DNA from: an uncultured delta proteobacterium
GTDB lineage: Bacteria > Desulfobacterota > Syntrophobacteria > BM002
Assembly (NCBI GenBank): GCA_963712115.1
Contig: CAVQGX010000032.1
Location: 96,001 to 160,000 of the forward strand
Direction of reading: 5' to 3'
DNA length: 64,000 nt
The position numbers and the translations under genes were made by a program. Below, piece after piece: positions 59,708 through 64,000 of this stretch. Every line of letters starts with the position of its first letter. Position 1 is the first letter of the stretch. The notes under the pieces are model-generated. The model did not search any database, was not told the DNA's origin, and saw nothing but the letters and a program-made list of their open reading frames with translations.

Positions 59708-61924
59708 CTATTGTTTCCACATCTGTCCCACAAGAGCAAAGGTAATGGTAATCATGATCTGACCAACATCGTCCCGGGTGATATTAATTACGCCCCCATG
59801 TTTGTGAATCACCACCTTGGTCATGGGCAACTCCAGATCAGCTTCGCCCAGTTCCTCGGCCACAAAGGGATAGAAAAAGTGCTCCATATCATCGTCTGTC
59901 AGATGGAGTCCAGGATAGGCGAGTCGCACCACCGCTTTACCGTTTCTTGCAGTGGCAACCTTCAGGCTAGATCTTTCCGGCATGTGCTTGCAGACCTGGC
60001 GCAAAATTCTTTCCAGTGCGCGGCTCAAGTGGCCGCGGTCAGCAAGAATGAAAGGAAGCCTTTCATCCAGTTCTAACTCGACTTCGATCCCACGACTGTC
60101 AAACTTCTCCGAGGACTCGTTTATGGCTTCCTGCAAAAGCGCGTTCAAGTCCACCTCGGAAAATTCCAGGGGAACCGGCCGAATATAGGTTAGGATCATC
60201 TTGAGGATTTGCTCAAGCCTCCGGACCTCATGAACTATAATCTCAACCTTTTTTCTATGAGAATTGTCCTTGTCCATCTCTTGAAGCAACCTTCGGGCGA
60301 AGCCTCCAGCCGAGGTGAGAGGATTGCGGATCTCGTGTGCCAGCCTGGCAGAGACATTGCTTAAAGTCTTGAGCTCTTCGGTTTGGATGATCTGCTCTTG
60401 TAGCCGCTGCCTCTCACTCACGTCTACGATAATACCATCCACCGCCTGTACCCTGCCCTCCCTGTCGGTTAAGGGCATTGCATGGTTAAGCAGAAATAAT
60501 TCCCGGCCGTCTCTGTGATTGCCTCGGTACTCGAGCAGAAATTCCCTACCCTCTGCAAGACAACCTCTCAGTTGTTTGGCAAAGTTCTGTTTATCCTCCG
60601 GATGTGCAATCCTAGTCCAGAATTCCCTGTCTGCTATTACTTCTGTAGGTGTGTATCCCAGGATTTCCTCCACAACCCTGTTAACATAAACTGTAGTTCC
60701 ATCTGGTTCAATACGATAGACAACCAGAGGGGCATTTTCCACCAGGGTCTCATATTTCTCTTTCTCTTCCACGAGCTCTTGTGTTCTCGCCTCTACTCTC
60801 TCTTCCAAGGTAATGCAGTATTCTTGAATCTCTTGCCTTGCCCTGTTGAGGGATTCGAGCATGTCATTGAGAGAATCTGCCAGGATACCTATCTCATCCC
60901 GCACTGGCACAAAAATTCCCCGGACCCGTTCGCCCGCAGCTATCTCCCGCGCCGCCGCAACTATGTCACGGACAGGGCGAAGAAAGACCGTCACCACCCA
61001 AACAATAATAATGGACGAGAACAGCAGGGCTGCCACCATAACAGCAAACATCTCGATTCTGTTTTCGGCCAACTCCGCAAGAGTGGCAGATCTGTCAACG
61101 CTGATTTCCACCACCCCGATACTATTCCCGTAAAAATCCTTCAATGGCCCTAGGAAAAGAGCCAGGCCAGGAGTATCGGGCGGGCTAATCAGTATTTCCG
61201 GATTCTGAGTTCGAAACACCCTGCCGCAAATCTCATCACTCGATATCGGTAAGCTTGCCGAGGAAGCCGTAAGTGTATAAAAACCAGTAGTCCCATGGAT
61301 TTGAATGAGGAGGGCAAGATCCATGTCGTATCGGCGCTTGAGAGAATCCAGAAAAGGACGCTCTACCGAGTACCCGATCTCGAAGGTTCCGATAAATTTA
61401 TCTTGATAGAACACTGGCACCACTCCCCTAACGCCGAATCCGGTAGAACCTCGTTCCAACCCAGCAATTCCTTGGCCAGTCTCCTCCACTTTAGTAATTG
61501 TATGACGAAAGGATGCCATCGCCTCACCGGATTGATAGATCCGATGAAGTCGCAGAAAAGACGTGGCTGGTTTAATGTGGAAGTGAAATTGTTTTACATC
61601 GAATTTCTCTTTCACAGCCTCGTATGAGGGCAACAACAGATCAATGAGTGCTTTAGTATCTCTCCGGGCAAACGCCTCTTGCACTGTCGGCGACTTGGCG
61701 ACCAGGTAGGCCAGACTCAGCGCCGAACTCTTCCGATCCTCAATCTGGTCAGAAAAGGCCCGGAAATAATCATGCAGCTTTTTCTTTTCTTGGGACTCGA
61801 TTAGCCTTTTCTGGTTATTCAAACCCAAAAGAATGAGTGAGGTAGTCCCTAAAAAGGAAAGAAACAGGAAAGGAATCAGCAGCTTCCACTTTAGGCTGAT
61901 GTCATGGATGCTTCTTAGATTCAC
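59708..61924 (-). CDS. Cache-HAMP-PAS sensor with HisKA and a degenerate HATPase domain
   Basis: FLRLH Cache-like region, HAMP (DEIGILADSLN), PAS (HPED), H-box AHEIRNPL; N and G boxes not recognisable. Confidence 0.88.
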   Translation of the reverse strand: MNLRSIHDISLKWKLLIPFLFLSFLGTTSLILLGLNNQKRLIESQEKKKLHDYFRAFSDQIEDRKSSALSLAYLVAKSPTVQEAFARRDTKALIDLLLPSYEAVKEKFDVKQFHFHIKPATSFLRLHRIYQSGEAMASFRHTITKVEETGQGIAGLERGSTGFGVRGVVPVFYQDKFIGTFEIGYSVERPFLDSLKRRYDMDLALLIQIHGTTGFYTLTASSASLPISSDEICGRVFRTQNPEILISPPDTPGLALFLGPLKDFYGNSIGVVEISVDRSATLAELAENRIEMFAVMVAALLFSSIIIVWVVTVFLRPVRDIVAAAREIAAGERVRGIFVPVRDEIGILADSLNDMLESLNRARQEIQEYCITLEERVEARTQELVEEKEKYETLVENAPLVVYRIEPDGTTVYVNRVVEEILGYTPTEVIADREFWTRIAHPEDKQNFAKQLRGCLAEGREFLLEYRGNHRDGRELFLLNHAMPLTDREGRVQAVDGIIVDVSERQRLQEQIIQTEELKTLSNVSARLAHEIRNPLTSAGGFARRLLQEMDKDNSHRKKVEIIVHEVRRLEQILKMILTYIRPVPLEFSEVDLNALLQEAINESSEKFDSRGIEVELELDERLPFILADRGHLSRALERILRQVCKHMPERSSLKVATARNGKAVVRLAYPGLHLTDDDMEHFFYPFVAEELGEADLELPMTKVVIHKHGGVINITRDDVGQIMITITFALVGQMWKQ

Positions 61925-61940
61925 GATCCAGTCTCCTGCC

Positions 61941-62183
61941 TTATTGTCTCTTTGTTGATCCCATCTGCAAAAGCACCTGTTCTTTCTCGTCCCGCACTTG
62001 GTCCTTTATCCGTTTAATGTGGCCCCGTGCCAAACCTTTGACCTCACTAACTACAATCTCACGACCTAAATCCCGCTGCTTCTTTACGACTCGCCTCAAC
62101 CGGTCAAATTCTTTGGCATAGTCCCCAGGCACAGGTAACTGGAAGTTCTCTCCCTCAGGGCTCATGGAGTATCTTCCTGGCAT
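61941..62183 (-). pseudogene. Probable internally deleted nucleotide-sugar (GDP-mannose/UDP-glucose family) dehydrogenase
   Basis: N-terminus YSMSPEGENFQLP...GREIVV joined directly to a C-terminus-like EVKGLARGHIKRIKD; RBS GGAGG. Family assignment is from memory. Confidence 0.55.
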
Positions 62184-62247
62184 AGACAGCCTCCTATCTC
62201 AAGAATGCTTAGTCGACATAGTGGATTAGCCATGATGGGGCCCGGTT

Positions 62248-62263
62248 AGCTAGAAGCGTGCCA
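62248..62263 (-). promoter_or_regulatory. sigma54 promoter
   Basis: TGGCACGCTTCTAGCT, GG-N10-GC, ending 64 nt upstream of the 62183 start. Confidence 0.6.
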
Positions 62264-62359
62264 GACCAAAAACCCAACCTTTTACTGGAACAATGATCCG
62301 GCGAAAAACACGAGGACGGTATGTGGGAGACGAAAAATAATCAAGGAGCAAAAGACTTT

Positions 62360-62386
62360 GGGGTCAGCGGCGATTCCGCTAACCCC
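62360..62386 (-). terminator. Hairpin downstream of the tRNA 3' end
   Basis: GGGGTCAGCGG-CGATT-CCGCTAACCCC. Confidence 0.55.
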
Positions 62387-62397
62387 TTGTAATCACT

Positions 62398-62456
62398 TGG
62401 TGCCGGAGGCGAGAGTCGAACTCGCACGGGCGCAAGGCCCACTGGATTTTGAGTCC
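62398..62456 (-). tRNA. 3' fragment of tRNA-Leu(CAA), an att-site duplication
   Basis: GGA-CTCAAAA-TCC anticodon arm, long variable arm, GCGAG-TTCGACT-CTCGC T arm and CTCCGGCACCA end; no D arm or 5' acceptor strand upstream. Confidence 0.88.
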
Positions 62457-62729
62457 TATTCTGGTCTTTCCCCGTGTTTCCTGGTTTTTCCTTTCATAGC
62501 TGAAAAACCCTTACAGTACAAGGAAAAACACAGAATCGGGAAACACCCGGAAAAATGGAGATATATTTTCGCGGATGTTACCCAAGTGTTACCAAGCAAA
62601 CCACTTGGGATTCGAGCCTTTAGATGATAGATTGATTTGAGGGGATAGGCAAGCGCAGCCGAAAGCGGAGATTCCTGCACTCCGTTTCCCCTCAATAACC
62701 TTGCAGATCACTAGCAGGGGTGAAGTAAG

Positions 62730-63563
62730 ATGGATGCAAAGGGAGAGAGGATTGAGTTCCTCGAAAGGGCAGAAAAAGAATGGGCTGAGATCCTCGAATT
62801 GAAGCGTGAGATTGAGGACGCTGGATTCAAGAAGCAAGAGTTCACGTATTTTCCTAGACCTAAAGACGATAGGGGGTTTTTCATAAAGGATGCAAAACCA
62901 ATTAAGAAATCAATAACCATCCCTACCAAAATGCGCGTCTACCGCAAGATTGATGGGGAGGTTAAGGAGTTACGTCCTGAACCATTTCGTCGAAAGATCA
63001 GCGACGATCCAAGTGCTATACTTGAACTCTCTGAAGCACTAGATGACTTCTTCTTGGGATATGCCACCTTAATATGGAGCCGCAGACAGTTGATGAAGCC
63101 AGTGCTAACAGAGAGTGCATTAAAAAGGGAAGCTAAAGAGTTTTTCCTTGATGAGGAAAGACGGTTCTTCGAAGAAAGAGGTTACCCCAGCAAAGATATT
63201 GAAAATCTGATGCGACAAGTTAAGCAAGCCAGACTGATGCAAAGACAACTGAGAGAATATACTGACAGCGACCAATATCAGGGTTTTGCTCCTATCAAAG
63301 AGGGCAGTGACAAATGCACTGAGTTAGACAGAGATACCATGAGCCAAATAAGGTCACTCTACAGGGGAGATGCCCCACCCTTATTTGAGGAACCAGTAAG
63401 CGATAGAAAGATACACTCTAATATGGCTGTTGTTTTCGCAACAACGGATTTCTGGACAGACCATAAAAGAAGAAAACCTGAAGTAAGAATCTGCAAGTAT
63501 TATGAAAGAATAAAGGGAGGTCTTTACCATTTCAACAAAAAAGCCAAGGAAGAACAAACCTGA
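62730..63563 (+). CDS. Hypothetical protein (island cargo)
   Basis: 277-aa charged, helical ORF; no motif recognised. Confidence 0.7.
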   Translation: MDAKGERIEFLERAEKEWAEILELKREIEDAGFKKQEFTYFPRPKDDRGFFIKDAKPIKKSITIPTKMRVYRKIDGEVKELRPEPFRRKISDDPSAILELSEALDDFFLGYATLIWSRRQLMKPVLTESALKREAKEFFLDEERRFFEERGYPSKDIENLMRQVKQARLMQRQLREYTDSDQYQGFAPIKEGSDKCTELDRDTMSQIRSLYRGDAPPLFEEPVSDRKIHSNMAVVFATTDFWTDHKRRKPEVRICKYYERIKGGLYHFNKKAKEEQT

Positions 63564-63752
63564 GCCATCCCTAACTGTTTGATCCTTCCTCAGTAGGGTC
63601 AAAACCTGGTCAGATTTAACCGAAATTTTCCCCACGCGTAAAACCTCACCACAAAATCCTCTACGCCGTTTTTTGCCCATTGAAATCCTCTTAAAAATAG
63701 AACCGTTTTACAGAAGATTTTCCCCACTAAAGGATAATAATATCAATAACTT

Positions 63753-64000
63753 ATGCTTGACATAGTTAGAGGGTTTCATGAGTATGGGAGAGAAGATATT
63801 CATACGACGCGAACTCGAGACAAATGGACCTTTGAACCTACGGGTGAGGGGGCCAAAGTTCGCAGTGAATGCTCTGGAGAATTTTGGCAAACCATGCATG
63901 TAGACTTGCGAATGGTCGATGTAAGCGATTTCGTGATCTCCTACTGCCCGACAAATATCTACAGTGTGGGCACGCCTCATGAAATAATCCTCGCCAGACA
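63753..64000 (+). CDS. Nucleoside 2-deoxyribosyltransferase-like protein, partial
   Basis: Open to the window edge: ...DLRMVDVSDFVISYCPTNIYSVGTPHEIILAR fits the D...SD..I...S.GT..EI..A pattern; absent from the ORF track. Confidence 0.55.
   Translation, partial: MLDIVRGFHEYGREDIHTTRTRDKWTFEPTGEGAKVRSECSGEFWQTMHVDLRMVDVSDFVISYCPTNIYSVGTPHEIILAR

Larger units (their letters stand above)
62398..64000. mobile_element. Edge of an integrative element/genomic island at tRNA-Leu
   Basis: Partial tRNA, direct repeats at 62576-62596, orphan ORFs and visibly more AT-rich sequence; no integrase within the window. Confidence 0.7.

Noticed and set aside
62398-62490. Intact tRNA-Leu gene
   Set aside because: No D arm or 5' acceptor strand upstream of the anticodon stem.
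63708-63980. 90-aa minus-strand ORF
   Set aside because: Shadow of the plus-strand NDT-like frame.

Overview
Mostly housekeeping chromosome, probably from a Desulfobacterota/deltaproteobacterium (inferred from gene order and content). In order: recO(3' end)-glyQS, smc-ftsY, glgC, gatCA, hrcA-grpE-dnaK with a perfect CIRCE, a sigma54 two-component system, rarA, a liv ABC transporter, der, amgK/murU/nagZ-like cell-wall recycling genes, ssb, tatA, hemA-ccsA-sirC, plsC, ftsK-lolA, pyrK-pyrD and selB. The window ends at the edge of an element integrated in a tRNA-Leu(CAA). The most interesting signals are non-coding. (1) A kinase plus a sigma54 activator ending in a winged helix rather than a Fis HTH is followed by four 11-bp direct repeats, a canonical -24/-12 promoter and an unannotated ~120-nt sRNA-like unit with an anti-Shine-Dalgarno tract and terminator. 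(2) A ~240-300-nt structured element occurs twice, with base-pair covariation, each copy just upstream of a sigma70 promoter. (3) Five co-oriented hairpin MITEs carry YTAR target duplications. (4) Many nested inverted 7/8/9-mer arrays and small palindromic inserts fill the intergenic regions. Protein-level oddities are a LivG ATPase with a 4-TM insertion, a kinase with a degenerate ATP-binding domain and an internally deleted nucleotide-sugar dehydrogenase. All calls are by eye; no searches were run.
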